A DNA stretch of 64,000 bases from Emticicia sp. (GTDB taxonomy: Bacteria > Bacteroidota > Bacteroidia > Cytophagales > Spirosomataceae). The DNA lies in contig JANNDY010000034.1 of assembly GCA_031378345.1 (NCBI GenBank), forward strand, positions 107,603-171,602, read 5' to 3'. Under the pieces are notes generated by a model. The model was not told where the DNA came from, did no database searches, and saw only the letters and a program-made list of their open reading frames with translations. Below, one piece after another: positions 1 through 9,723 of this stretch. Each line of letters begins with the position of its first letter. Position 1 is the stretch's first letter. The position numbers and the translations under genes are program-made.

Positions 1-162
1 CTCAGGATTGCCGAAAATCCAATTGCGATGAAAACTTATTCACAATTATTATACAAAGTTGGTCGCCAAGAAGAAGCAAAGCGATATGCTGAAACAGCTA
101 TAAAAATCTCAAAAGGACAAGTTGTTGCGAAGGAATATAGAGAAGAAGAATCGAAGAATTAA
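1..162 (+). CDS. 3' end of a CDS cut by the window edge (helical/TPR-like C-terminus)
   Basis: Frame 1 is open from base 1 to TAA at 160-162 (..AENPIAMKTYSQLLYKVGRQEEAKRYAETAIKISKGQ..). A hairpin terminator follows. Confidence 0.35.
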   Translation, partial: LRIAENPIAMKTYSQLLYKVGRQEEAKRYAETAIKISKGQVVAKEYREEESKN

Positions 163-218
163 GAATTGAAATAGAGAATTATAAATAACTCGTTATCAAA
201 TATTTACATAAAGTAAAA

Positions 219-246
219 ACACTTTCCAAATAATTCGGAAAGTGCT
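219..246. terminator. Hairpin terminator between convergent genes
   Basis: cactttcc (220-227) pairs with ggaaagtg (237-244). A-run on the left and T-run on the right. Confidence 0.45.
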
Positions 247-283
247 TTTTGTTTTTAGTTATTGTGAATTCAATGAAAACGTA

Positions 284-1144
284 TCAAACATTTTTAGAAA
301 AAGCTGCCCTTAACATAACGACTGAGGTATAAATAATAACAATAATCACCAACCAGCGGAGGGTGTCTAAAGGCAAAGATTTTACTATCAAAGCGGCTAT
401 TAATACCGCAATAATGCTTGGTAATGCCATTCCAATTGCTGCTTTTCTATTGTAAGCTCCTTTACGAATAAATTGAATAGAAGCAGGAGGCATTAAAAAT
501 GCACAAGAGCCCATCATGATTGGAAATGCAACTTGGGGCGACAAACCCAAAGCAAAAACCAAAGCCATACAAGGTGCATAAAGACCAATTCCAGCGGTCA
601 TTAATGCCCCCAAAAAGAAATTTACAGTTACTGCTATACCTAATTTAACCCCACTTAAACCAATGTCTGTGCCGCCCCCTTGAATCCACTGCATTTTGTT
701 AGCAAACATAAAGAATGCAGTAACTGCCAATGCAATGCCCATAACAATTTGTATGCGTTTTTCTGACATTTTTGCTACTATTCCTGCTCCCAAAATAGCC
801 CCTCCAGCAGCTGAAACAAGCATTAAAATTAAGGTAATAGGCTCTACTTCAATTATAGTTATAAAAATCAACGCCTGAATCAATACCGGGATAGTGTTTG
901 CTACATTCAATGTGCCTGGTAAAAGTCGGTCTTCTGTTTGTTTTGTAAATTTTAACAGGGCGGTTTGGGGGGCAAAAGCACCAATACCCAAAACATCAAA
1001 AAAGTTTACAACAAAGCCTATCAATCCTGTTTTTATCCAACTTACATTTTCGAGATTATTTTTATGCTTTAAGAAATCTTTTAAAAGTGATATACTGAAC
1101 CATACAGTTAAAATAGCCAATGAAATCCAAATAATTTGTATCAT
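284..1144 (-). CDS. TSUP (TauE/SafE-like) family membrane transporter
   Basis: 286-aa multi-pass membrane ORF with a Gly-rich internal duplication typical of DUF81/TSUP. Confidence 0.55.
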   Translation of the reverse strand: MIQIIWISLAILTVWFSISLLKDFLKHKNNLENVSWIKTGLIGFVVNFFDVLGIGAFAPQTALLKFTKQTEDRLLPGTLNVANTIPVLIQALIFITIIEVEPITLILMLVSAAGGAILGAGIVAKMSEKRIQIVMGIALAVTAFFMFANKMQWIQGGGTDIGLSGVKLGIAVTVNFFLGALMTAGIGLYAPCMALVFALGLSPQVAFPIMMGSCAFLMPPASIQFIRKGAYNRKAAIGMALPSIIAVLIAALIVKSLPLDTLRWLVIIVIIYTSVVMLRAAFSKNV

Positions 1145-1280
1145 TTCTTTGATATTAAAAAATTAAACAAGAGAAAATATAAACACTTTTGAAAAAAATC
1201 TGTCAAATTTTACATAAATATAGATAAGTAAAACTAAATTTATTCTTTTTGCAAACCTAAGTATTTTTCTTTTCTACTTT

Positions 1281-3899
1281 ATGAAACCAGTTCTATCATT
1301 TTTAATCTCGCTGCTATCTTTTTGTTCCTTTGCCCAACAGATTGCTTCTCCTTTAGAGGCTTCATTTCGAAGCTATCAAGAAATGAAAAAAAAGACACCA
1401 TATAAATTAGATTGGGTGTCTTTGGGGCCTACATTAAATTCGGCACGTGCTGATGTGGTGCAAGTGGACACAAAACATCCGGGTACTATGTATGTTGGAT
1501 TTGGTTCTGGTGGCTTATGGAAAACTGTAAACAATGGCATCAATTGGCAATGTGTTTTTCAAGAACAATCTTCTCTTGGTATTGGCGACATGGAGTTGGC
1601 TCCTTCAAATCCCGATATTATTTACGTCGGAACTGGAGAAAATTTAAAGAAACCTCGAAATTTTACTTTACCAGGCACGGGCATGTATCGGTCAACCGAT
1701 GCTGGAAAAACATGGCAACACATAGGCTTAGAAGATTCATGGGCTATTGCCGAAATCGCCATTCATCCTACAAATCCAGATATTGTTATGGTTGCAGTAT
1801 TGGGTCATTTGTGGTCAAAAAACAATAATAGAGGTCTTTACCAAAGTATCAATGGCGGTAAAACTTGGCAACAGGTGCTTTTTAAAGATGATAAAACAGG
1901 TACAAATGATGTAGTAATTTCAGCTTCCGATCCTAATATTATGTACGCTTCTACTTGGGAGGTGTACCCAGGCATAAGTGGAAAAAATAGTGGAATCCAC
2001 AGAAGTATAGATGGTGGTAAAACGTGGATAGCTTGTACCAATGGCTTGCCTACGGGTGAAAAAGTAGGACGTATAGGACTGAGTGTTTCTTATTCTAATC
2101 CAAAGAAAGCGTATGCTCTGATAGATAATTTGAATAATCCAAAAGGGGAATCGGGCGAACTGTACAAAACTACCGATGGAGGTTTGACTTGGACTAAAAC
2201 ACACACTACCCCATTTTACAATTTTTCAGTAATAGGCTGGTATTTTACAGATGTGTACGTCAATCCTAAAGACGACGAAGAAGTATATTGTTTAGGTGTT
2301 CGTTTGGCTCATAGCACTGATGGGGGAAAAACTTTTTCTTTTTTAGGTGGAAATGTTACAAGAGCTACGCCAAGTTTGGCCAAGGGATTTCACTTAGACC
2401 AATGCGAAGTCTGGATAAATCCTGAAAATCCGAATCATATAGCAGCAGGAAACGATGGTGGCTTATATGTAAGTTACGACAAGGGTGATTCATGGTTTCA
2501 TTTCAATAATATACCCACTGGCGAATTTTATGATATAACCATAGACCAAAAAAATTATATAATTTATGGTGGAACACAGGATGATGCCACAGTTTATGGG
2601 CCTCCTAAGGAAATCAACCCCAATTATCCTGACACTTGGAAATACCTTTGGATAGACCCTTGGGATGGTGGTGACGGATGTGTTTCACAAGTTGATCCCG
2701 ACGACGAGAATATCGTTTATTATAGCATGCAGTTTGGCAATGCCATTCGGTACGATAAAAAAATGGATAGTACCTATGCTATTCAACCTGAGCTCCCAAA
2801 AAGCATAAAAGATACTTTAGTTTTCAATTATGTAACGCCCTATTTTATTTCACCTCACCAAAGTAAAACATTGTATCATGGCGGTAATTATATTTTCAAA
2901 AGCATTGATAGAGGAACAAAATGGCAAGTTATTAGTCCAAATTTGGCAATTTCAGCAAATGTTGAAAAGAAATTATCCTCTACTGGTGCCTTGGTGGAAT
3001 CAAAAATTGAAAAAGGATTACTTTATGTAGGTACAGATAAAGGGGCTTTTTGGGTTACAAAAAATGATGGGATTTCTTGGGAAGAAAATTCAGAGGGGCT
3101 TGCCAATAATTATATTAGGAGCATTTGTCCATCTCGTTTTGCAAAGGCCCGAGTTTATACAGCCATGACAGGCATTAATTATGACGACCTTCAAAGCTAT
3201 CTTTATGTATCCGAAGATTTTGGTAAAAACTGGAAGAGTATTGCCGCAGGGTTGCCCAATGAACCAGTAAATGTTATTGTAGAAGACCCAGTTCATGAAA
3301 ACGTTATATATGCTGGTGGATTTAGAGGAGTTTATATTTCAACCGATAAAGGCAATAGTTGGGCTTATTTTGGAAATAACATGCCTGGTACAGCCATTGC
3401 TGATATAGAAATTCACGAAGGAACGCAGGATTTAGTTGCCGCTACGCATGGAAGAGGCATATACAAAATTAATCTTAAGCCAATCCACACTTGGCTAAAC
3501 GAAAAAATGACATCTTCAAAAGATTATTTATTTGAAATTCCTATTGCCAAGAGACCTTGGTTTAATTCTCACGATGGAGAGCCTGATTACAGAACACTTG
3601 AAAAAGTAGAGATTTCGTTTTGGTTAAATGAAGAAAAAAACATAAATTTGATAGTAAAGAACGAAACTAATAATACTATTTGGACGATGCCCTTTCAAGG
3701 CAAAAAAGGGTTTAATCAATACCGTTGGGATTTAATTGTAAGTAAAGAATCTAATAATATGCCCTACTTTATACATTACGACACATTTTTAAAGGCAGGA
3801 AATTATAAAATGACTCTTTCAGATGGAAAAACGGATATAGAACAACCCTTTATCGTAAAAAATGTAGTTTCACCTTATAAAACTGAGGCTAAAAAATAA
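1281..3899 (+). CDS. Secreted BNR/Asp-box repeat protein (sortilin/VPS10-like beta-propeller)
   Basis: Signal peptide, then about 10 Asp-box motifs S/T-x-D-x-G-x-T/S-W (STDAGKTW, SINGGKTW, SIDGGKTW, TTDGGLTW, SEDFGKNW, STDKGNSW). Confidence 0.75.
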   Translation: MKPVLSFLISLLSFCSFAQQIASPLEASFRSYQEMKKKTPYKLDWVSLGPTLNSARADVVQVDTKHPGTMYVGFGSGGLWKTVNNGINWQCVFQEQSSLGIGDMELAPSNPDIIYVGTGENLKKPRNFTLPGTGMYRSTDAGKTWQHIGLEDSWAIAEIAIHPTNPDIVMVAVLGHLWSKNNNRGLYQSINGGKTWQQVLFKDDKTGTNDVVISASDPNIMYASTWEVYPGISGKNSGIHRSIDGGKTWIACTNGLPTGEKVGRIGLSVSYSNPKKAYALIDNLNNPKGESGELYKTTDGGLTWTKTHTTPFYNFSVIGWYFTDVYVNPKDDEEVYCLGVRLAHSTDGGKTFSFLGGNVTRATPSLAKGFHLDQCEVWINPENPNHIAAGNDGGLYVSYDKGDSWFHFNNIPTGEFYDITIDQKNYIIYGGTQDDATVYGPPKEINPNYPDTWKYLWIDPWDGGDGCVSQVDPDDENIVYYSMQFGNAIRYDKKMDSTYAIQPELPKSIKDTLVFNYVTPYFISPHQSKTLYHGGNYIFKSIDRGTKWQVISPNLAISANVEKKLSSTGALVESKIEKGLLYVGTDKGAFWVTKNDGISWEENSEGLANNYIRSICPSRFAKARVYTAMTGINYDDLQSYLYVSEDFGKNWKSIAAGLPNEPVNVIVEDPVHENVIYAGGFRGVYISTDKGNSWAYFGNNMPGTAIADIEIHEGTQDLVAATHGRGIYKINLKPIHTWLNEKMTSSKDYLFEIPIAKRPWFNSHDGEPDYRTLEKVEISFWLNEEKNINLIVKNETNNTIWTMPFQGKKGFNQYRWDLIVSKESNNMPYFIHYDTFLKAGNYKMTLSDGKTDIEQPFIVKNVVSPYKTEAKK

Positions 3900-3904
3900 A
3901 CACT

Positions 3905-5482
3905 ATGAGCACATTCCCGAGTATCTTTAATGATGTAATAGGCCCAGTAATGAGAGGCCCCTCAAGCTCACATTGTGCAGCTTCTTTGCGTATAGCACGC
4001 CTTTGCCGTGATCTGATGGATGAAAAAATCAAAGAAATTTTGATTGAATTTGACCCCAATGGCTCTCTGGCAACCACCCACAAAAGCCAAGGCTCAGATA
4101 TGGGCTTGTTTGGCGGTTTTTTAGGTTGGGAAGCCTACGATGAGCGTTTGCCAGAATCAGAGAAATACCTTGCTACTGCCGGAATAAACGTTGAAATAAA
4201 AATCTGTGATATCAAAGCTGAGCACCCCAACACGTATAAAATCAGACTCAAAAATGAGGAAGAAATTAGAGATTTGACGGCTATTTCTACCGGGGGCGGC
4301 ATGATAGAGGTCATCGAAATAGATGGCAATGTGGTCTCAATGGCTGGGGATTATTTTGAAACGCTTATCTATTGCACTCATCCAAGTGAAATTATTTCTT
4401 TTTTGGAAGGTTCAATAAAATATGACTCCATTGAGTTCCATGAAGGAAAGCAACGTTTTATTGAAATAAAATCTCAAACCCCGCTTGACAAGATTATTTG
4501 TGATGAGTTGCTTGCCATGGATGGTGTTCTATTTATTAAATCGCTAAAGCCTGTTTTGCCCGTAATGGCAAGAAAGAACCTGAAAGTACCTTTTATTACT
4601 TGCAATGAAATGTTGGCATATAATGAAGGAAAGAACAAAAGCCTTTGGGAATTAGCGGCAGCCTTTGAAGCTGCCCGAGGAAATATTTCGGAAGTTGAAG
4701 TATTCGAAAAAATGAGGAAAATCATCCATATCATGGGCAATGCCATTGATTTGGGGCTAAAGGGCACACACTACGAAGACAGAATTTTAGGAAGTCAGTC
4801 TTTACAATTCAAACAAAAATTAGCTGATAAACAATTAGTAGGAGGCGATGCCAACAATAGAATTATCATGTATGTTTCTGCAATGATGGAAGTCAAAAGT
4901 TCTATGGGTGTCATAGTTGCGGCTCCTACTGCGGGTTCATGTGGGGCATTGCCAGGAGCTTTATTTGGTACAGCCCATAGTTTAGATTTACATGAAGATG
5001 AACTCGTAAAAGCCATGCTTTCTGCTGGTTTGATTGGCGTATTTATAGCCGCTCACGCCACATTTGCTGCTGAAGTAGGTGGTTGTATGGCCGAAACTGG
5101 CTCAGGAGGAGGCATGGCTGCAGCAGCCATTGTTGGCATGAAAGGTGGTACTTTGAAACAATCTATAGCTGCCGCTTCGCTGGCACTGCAAAATTCTTTG
5201 GGCATCATCTGCGACCCAATCGGCAATAGAGTAGAAGCTCCTTGTTTAGGTAGAAATGTAATGGCAGCCACCAACGCTATTTCTTGTGCTAATATGGCAC
5301 TGTCGGATTATGAACAACTAATCCCTTTAGACGAAGTAATAGAAACCATGAAAGCCGTAGGCGACCAAATTCATCATACGCTACGTTGCACTAACTTAGG
5401 CGGATTATCTATCACCAATGCGGCAAAGAAAATCGAAGCCATGTTAGAAGAGTTACCAGGGCAGTATTTTAAAAGTTGTTAG
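3905..5482 (+). CDS. sdaA: L-serine ammonia-lyase (iron-sulfur type, fused beta+alpha)
   Basis: N-terminus IFNDVIGPVMRGPSSSHCAA and C-terminal Gly/Ala-rich alpha domain (AETGSGGGMAAAA, CDPIGNRVEAPC). Confidence 0.85.
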   Translation: MSTFPSIFNDVIGPVMRGPSSSHCAASLRIARLCRDLMDEKIKEILIEFDPNGSLATTHKSQGSDMGLFGGFLGWEAYDERLPESEKYLATAGINVEIKICDIKAEHPNTYKIRLKNEEEIRDLTAISTGGGMIEVIEIDGNVVSMAGDYFETLIYCTHPSEIISFLEGSIKYDSIEFHEGKQRFIEIKSQTPLDKIICDELLAMDGVLFIKSLKPVLPVMARKNLKVPFITCNEMLAYNEGKNKSLWELAAAFEAARGNISEVEVFEKMRKIIHIMGNAIDLGLKGTHYEDRILGSQSLQFKQKLADKQLVGGDANNRIIMYVSAMMEVKSSMGVIVAAPTAGSCGALPGALFGTAHSLDLHEDELVKAMLSAGLIGVFIAAHATFAAEVGGCMAETGSGGGMAAAAIVGMKGGTLKQSIAAASLALQNSLGIICDPIGNRVEAPCLGRNVMAATNAISCANMALSDYEQLIPLDEVIETMKAVGDQIHHTLRCTNLGGLSITNAAKKIEAMLEELPGQYFKSC

Positions 5483-5587
5483 TTTTATATTTTTGGTAAA
5501 AACACTTTACCGAAAACTCTTCAGCATAAACCCTAAAATACATGAAATGATTAAGAAATTGAGGGTAAAAAAATTGTAAAATACATT

Positions 5588-5747
5588 AGAGGTTGTTTAA
5601 GTTTTTTGATTTGGACTAAAATTGCACCTTTTTAACATTATCTTCGCTAAAAAACACTCATTTTGCTCGCAAAATTTCATCTTTTTAATCTTGATTATGT
5701 CAAAAATGTATCATTTTTCGTCATCAAAAAAAACTTAAACAACCTCT
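5588..5747. repeat. 160-bp element bounded by perfect 20-bp terminal inverted repeats (MITE-like or structured RNA)
   Basis: agaggttgtttaagtttttt at 5588-5607 is the exact reverse complement of 5728-5747. The interior has internal direct repeats (aaaattgcacctttttaaca / aaaatttcatctttttaatc). Confidence 0.5.
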
Positions 5748-5775
5748 TAGATAACTTTTCAGCAGTCTAATAACT

Positions 5776-5810
5776 AAAACTGCTTTCCAAGTAATTTGGA
5801 AAGCAGTTTT
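5776..5810. terminator. Bidirectional rho-independent terminator
   Basis: Perfect 15-bp stem aaaactgctttccaa / ttggaaagcagtttt with a 5-nt loop, A/T runs on both sides, between convergent genes. Confidence 0.65.
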
Positions 5811-5851
5811 TATTTGTAAGTATTGTAAATCCAACGAATACTTTTTGATGC

Positions 5852-6844
5852 TTAACTCGAAACTTTTGAGAGTTTAGAAAAAACTTTTACTTTCTTGAAA
5901 ACATGAGGAGCAAGCCCCAAACAGATAAAAATAAAAGCTGTAATAAACAAAGTACCTTTGTGAGCAAAAAACTGTCCTGATGCCAAAATTCCCATCACCA
6001 AAATAGTTGAAAGTGGCAATGAAAATGCTAAAACCAATACTGCCAAATTCATGTCAAAAGTTTTTCTTTCTTTGGCTAAGTTTTTATCATCTTCTTTCAT
6101 ATTGATTGTTGAAATGTGAGCAAAGGGCCAAAAACTGCACGAACTCAACGGCACTACAACTGCCAATAAAATAAGGTTTGGTGTAGTGATATTAAAGATT
6201 TTGATAACCAAAACACTAAAAAGCAAGGTAATTCCTGCCCTAAACAGCAAAATCGAGCTTACCAATTTGATTTTTCCTTCTTTGAATTGAACTGCCAAAC
6301 CAATATAAATTAGCACCAACGGAGTCATTAAGCTACTTGCACGATTGAATAATTCGGAAATAGCCGTTGGCAAAGATTTCATATTGATGCCAACCGAAAG
6401 GGAAATTATCGCCAAAAGCATAATGATATTAATTGGCTCTTTTACTAAACTTAGTAACAAACTTTTTACTTTTCCGTTGTCTTCGACTTCCTCAGCTTGA
6501 TTGTTTTGTAGGTACATTTTCATGGCTACGAAGTACAGAAGATTCAAAGCAAAAAACTTATTTCTTACATCTCCCATGGCAGCTAAAGCCAGTGATTCAT
6601 CTCCCAAAAACTCATTAATAAATGGGAAACTCGATAAACCTGGAGCTAATGAAGGCAAAAGCATCGTTAATGTCCTTCCCACCGAACTATCTTTATCAAT
6701 GCCGAAAATAGGCAAAAAATAAGGTGCTGATAAGAACATAAAAAAATTAAACGCAAGGATAAAAATAGGGTAGATGCGTAAGGAAAAACTAATTTTAATG
6801 CCCATCAAAGCAATAAATACCGTTGAAGGCAATGCTATTGACAA
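5852..6844 (-). CDS. Multi-pass membrane permease (possibly AEC/auxin-efflux-carrier-like)
   Basis: 330-aa ORF with about 10 hydrophobic segments. The family assignment is a guess. Confidence 0.35.
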   Translation of the reverse strand: MSIALPSTVFIALMGIKISFSLRIYPIFILAFNFFMFLSAPYFLPIFGIDKDSSVGRTLTMLLPSLAPGLSSFPFINEFLGDESLALAAMGDVRNKFFALNLLYFVAMKMYLQNNQAEEVEDNGKVKSLLLSLVKEPINIIMLLAIISLSVGINMKSLPTAISELFNRASSLMTPLVLIYIGLAVQFKEGKIKLVSSILLFRAGITLLFSVLVIKIFNITTPNLILLAVVVPLSSCSFWPFAHISTINMKEDDKNLAKERKTFDMNLAVLVLAFSLPLSTILVMGILASGQFFAHKGTLFITAFIFICLGLAPHVFKKVKVFSKLSKVSS

Positions 6845-7031
6845 GATAATTTCTTTGACACTATTTATTTCGGTTTTTTATTTTACTTCTGAGTGCCAAT
6901 CCTAATCCAATCTATAGTAGGAGGATAAGCGTTTTTTGGACAGCCTCAACCATAGTTTTGTTGTAAAGAAGTGGATGAATATTTGTAAAACAATGAGCAA
7001 AGAAAAATTCTATATATTATGTCAAAAAGAA

Positions 7032-7904
7032 TTATGGAACTGGAACTCCAGCACTTTCTGACCAAAGAGCAAACCAATCCTGTAATTCCATCTCTATGGT
7101 CGTTGCTTTCATTAAGTTGGTAATTCTGGTATGGTCTGCTGTACCGCAAACAGGCAAAATTCCTGATGGATGTTTTAAAATCCATGCAAGAAGTATGACG
7201 TCAACGGGAACGTTGTATTTTAACGAAAAATTTGAAGCGATTTTATTTACTCGTTGAGATTGTGCGTCATCTTTTTTGAAAACACTTCCCAATGGAGACC
7301 AACACATGGGCGTAATATTATGTGTTTGCATGTGGTCTAAACTTCCATCGAGCATTGCGTCAAAATGAGTGACAGAAAACCTAATTTGGTTATAATTGAT
7401 TTTGGTTTTCATCTCAATTAAATCTGTTTGTAGTGGTGTAAAGTTTGAAACGCCAAAATCTATAATTTTTCCGTCTTGTTTCAATTTTTCAATCGCTTCT
7501 GCAATTTCATCTACCCTCATCAACGGACTGGGACGATGCAACAAGAGTAAATCTAAATAATCAGTTTGTAAGTTTCTCAATGATTGTTCAACCGACCAAA
7601 TGATATAAGATGTGGAGTAATCGTAGTGTTTTATTGCGTTTCCTCTTTTTTCTGATTCCATTTGAATACCGCACTTAGAAATCAGTTGTATTTTGCTTCG
7701 CTCAATTTTACTTTCGTTAAAAGCCTTTCCAAAAGCCGTTTCAGTGGTATAATCTCCATAAATATCTGCATGGTCAAATGTGGTGATGTTATTTTCTAAA
7801 CAACAATTCATCAATTCAATCATCTGTTTAGTATTGCAATCTTTTCCCCAAACACCCCATGTCATAGTACCAGCAATAATCTTAGAAAATGGTGTTTTAT
7901 TCAT
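7032..7904 (-). CDS. Aldo/keto reductase family oxidoreductase
   Basis: TFDHADIYGDY, LLLHRP and a GTADHTRI-type C-terminus, typical of YdhF-like AKRs. Confidence 0.8.
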   Translation of the reverse strand: MNKTPFSKIIAGTMTWGVWGKDCNTKQMIELMNCCLENNITTFDHADIYGDYTTETAFGKAFNESKIERSKIQLISKCGIQMESEKRGNAIKHYDYSTSYIIWSVEQSLRNLQTDYLDLLLLHRPSPLMRVDEIAEAIEKLKQDGKIIDFGVSNFTPLQTDLIEMKTKINYNQIRFSVTHFDAMLDGSLDHMQTHNITPMCWSPLGSVFKKDDAQSQRVNKIASNFSLKYNVPVDVILLAWILKHPSGILPVCGTADHTRITNLMKATTIEMELQDWFALWSESAGVPVP

Positions 7905-8003
7905 GTTTTTTTATTAAAAATTATAGAAAATTTGATTTTAAGGCGGCTATTTGTTTACCACCACTGTCAAATTTATGCAAAAAATCTTTAAAATCTATTG
8001 ATT

Positions 8004-9659
8004 TCAAATCACCTTCGCATCAAAAACACCTGTCAGAATTTTACCTTCACGCTTTACTTGTAGCCAAATTCGATAATTGCCCGCCTTCGGAAAAACATAA
8101 GGAAAAGTAACTTCTCCGCCATGATGGCCGTTAGATTCGTGCTTCATATCGCCCATCAAAAACTTATCTCGCTCGGCTTCGGTCATCGTTTGAAGTTTTG
8201 CCAACACATTATCAACACTATCTCTAAATCGTTTTGGGTTATTCAGATTTGGGCGAGCGTTGGTAGTTTCGTCAATTCTTTTCTGCATTACCTGCACAGC
8301 CGTTGATGAAAATGTGCCATTTGGATGCAAATGAATATAAACTGAAGCATCGTCTTTGATGACGGCAGCGTGTCCCATCATGCCCAAATATGTCTGCAAT
8401 TCGGCAGTTTTTCCGTCGGGAGCAAGGACCGAAAACTTCAAGTCATAGACTTTTCCTGCCATCAATTTTTGGTTAGGTTTTTCTTCCCAAACAATGCTCG
8501 AACCATCTTGCAAAGGTGTTTTTACGCCAGGCGTTCCACAAATCGTAATGCCCGCATCTTGTAAATTTGCTTTTTTATTGAGAGCATTTGTAACAACATA
8601 AGTATCATCCGAATCGCCAGCTAATACAGGGGCAACATTTACCTTTGGCGTTTGTGGAATCTCGACCGTATCGGCAATGGTATTTTGTAAACCATGGTAA
8701 CGCAATACGTCGGCAAAAATCAAATATTTTCCTGCTGGTAAGGTGGGCAGTGGTGCTTCAAAAGTAACGGTATCTTTTCGCACAGGATGCAGGTGAGCAA
8801 AGACATCCATTGTGCCTTCTTTCACCAAAAATAGGTGCATCAATTTTCCGTGGTCAGGAATAATAAAGCTCGTCAAACGTCCTTTTACAGAAGCTGAATC
8901 TATCACCATACTCAAAACTCGTTGCCCATTTTCAAGTTTTATTTTTGATGTGGCAGTATATGGCTGATACATAAATTGCTGATAATCAGCCGATTCTGAG
9001 TTCCACCACATATTTCCACCAAATAATATTAGTCCACAAAACGAGGCTCCAATTGTAGAGCCAACCAAACGGCGTTTTTGCGTTTTTTTATCAAAAACCT
9101 GTCCTTCTTTGAGCAAACTATCACCGGTACTTGCACCAATAATTGTGGTCATAATTCCAACTAAAAGCAAAGCCAAACCTGCCAAAATCCAACCCAACGA
9201 GCTTGGAAGTTTGCGTTGAGCCGTAGAAAGTGCCGCAATCGGAATCAATACTTCGCCTTTGCCTCTTGCTCCTTCAATGATTACTTTTACGCTGGCCGCA
9301 CCGCTTTCCATGAGCCATATTTGTCCGTCATAACTACCCGATGCCGACAAAACTCCCTCATCAGAGCGAGGAGAACCTTCATCGCCTGTGAAAAAATAAA
9401 TCGGACTCATTCGTACACTTGTAATATCCTTTCCGTCAACCATTACCGAAACTTTGGCCGTTCCAGGAATCACGTCGGGTGGCTCAACATATACTTGTAC
9501 TTGGTAATTACCTGCTTTTCCTTCCTGCACAACTCCCGCACTGCCGATGTGACCCCTAACCCCTAAAGGGGAACAAAGGATAAGGAGCAGTAAAATACTG
9601 CCTGAAACCCATGAAAATAGGAAACTACTATTTTTATGGAAAATATTTATTTTTTTCAT
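8004..9659 (-). CDS. Secreted/membrane-anchored protein of unknown function with repeated His motifs (metal-binding suspected)
   Basis: Signal peptide, two central TM helices, duplicated HLHP motifs (FAHLHPVRKD, YIHLHPNGTF), and HESNGHHGGE plus an Ig-like C-terminal tail GNYRIWLQVKREGKILTGVF. Confidence 0.4.
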   Translation of the reverse strand: MKKINIFHKNSSFLFSWVSGSILLLLILCSPLGVRGHIGSAGVVQEGKAGNYQVQVYVEPPDVIPGTAKVSVMVDGKDITSVRMSPIYFFTGDEGSPRSDEGVLSASGSYDGQIWLMESGAASVKVIIEGARGKGEVLIPIAALSTAQRKLPSSLGWILAGLALLLVGIMTTIIGASTGDSLLKEGQVFDKKTQKRRLVGSTIGASFCGLILFGGNMWWNSESADYQQFMYQPYTATSKIKLENGQRVLSMVIDSASVKGRLTSFIIPDHGKLMHLFLVKEGTMDVFAHLHPVRKDTVTFEAPLPTLPAGKYLIFADVLRYHGLQNTIADTVEIPQTPKVNVAPVLAGDSDDTYVVTNALNKKANLQDAGITICGTPGVKTPLQDGSSIVWEEKPNQKLMAGKVYDLKFSVLAPDGKTAELQTYLGMMGHAAVIKDDASVYIHLHPNGTFSSTAVQVMQKRIDETTNARPNLNNPKRFRDSVDNVLAKLQTMTEAERDKFLMGDMKHESNGHHGGEVTFPYVFPKAGNYRIWLQVKREGKILTGVFDAKVI

Positions 9660-9723
9660 TGATTAAAATTTTGTTGTTAAAAACTCCCCTTTAAGGGACA
9701 GTCCGATGGGTCGGTTGGGGGTG

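Noticed and set aside
696-3296. Short overlapping ORFs inside the TSUP and BNR-repeat genes (696-878, 894-1166, 1517-1828, 1838-2041, 1920-2204, 3090-3296)
   Set aside because: They are alternative-frame or antisense ORFs within genes that have strong motif support. They have no independent evidence.
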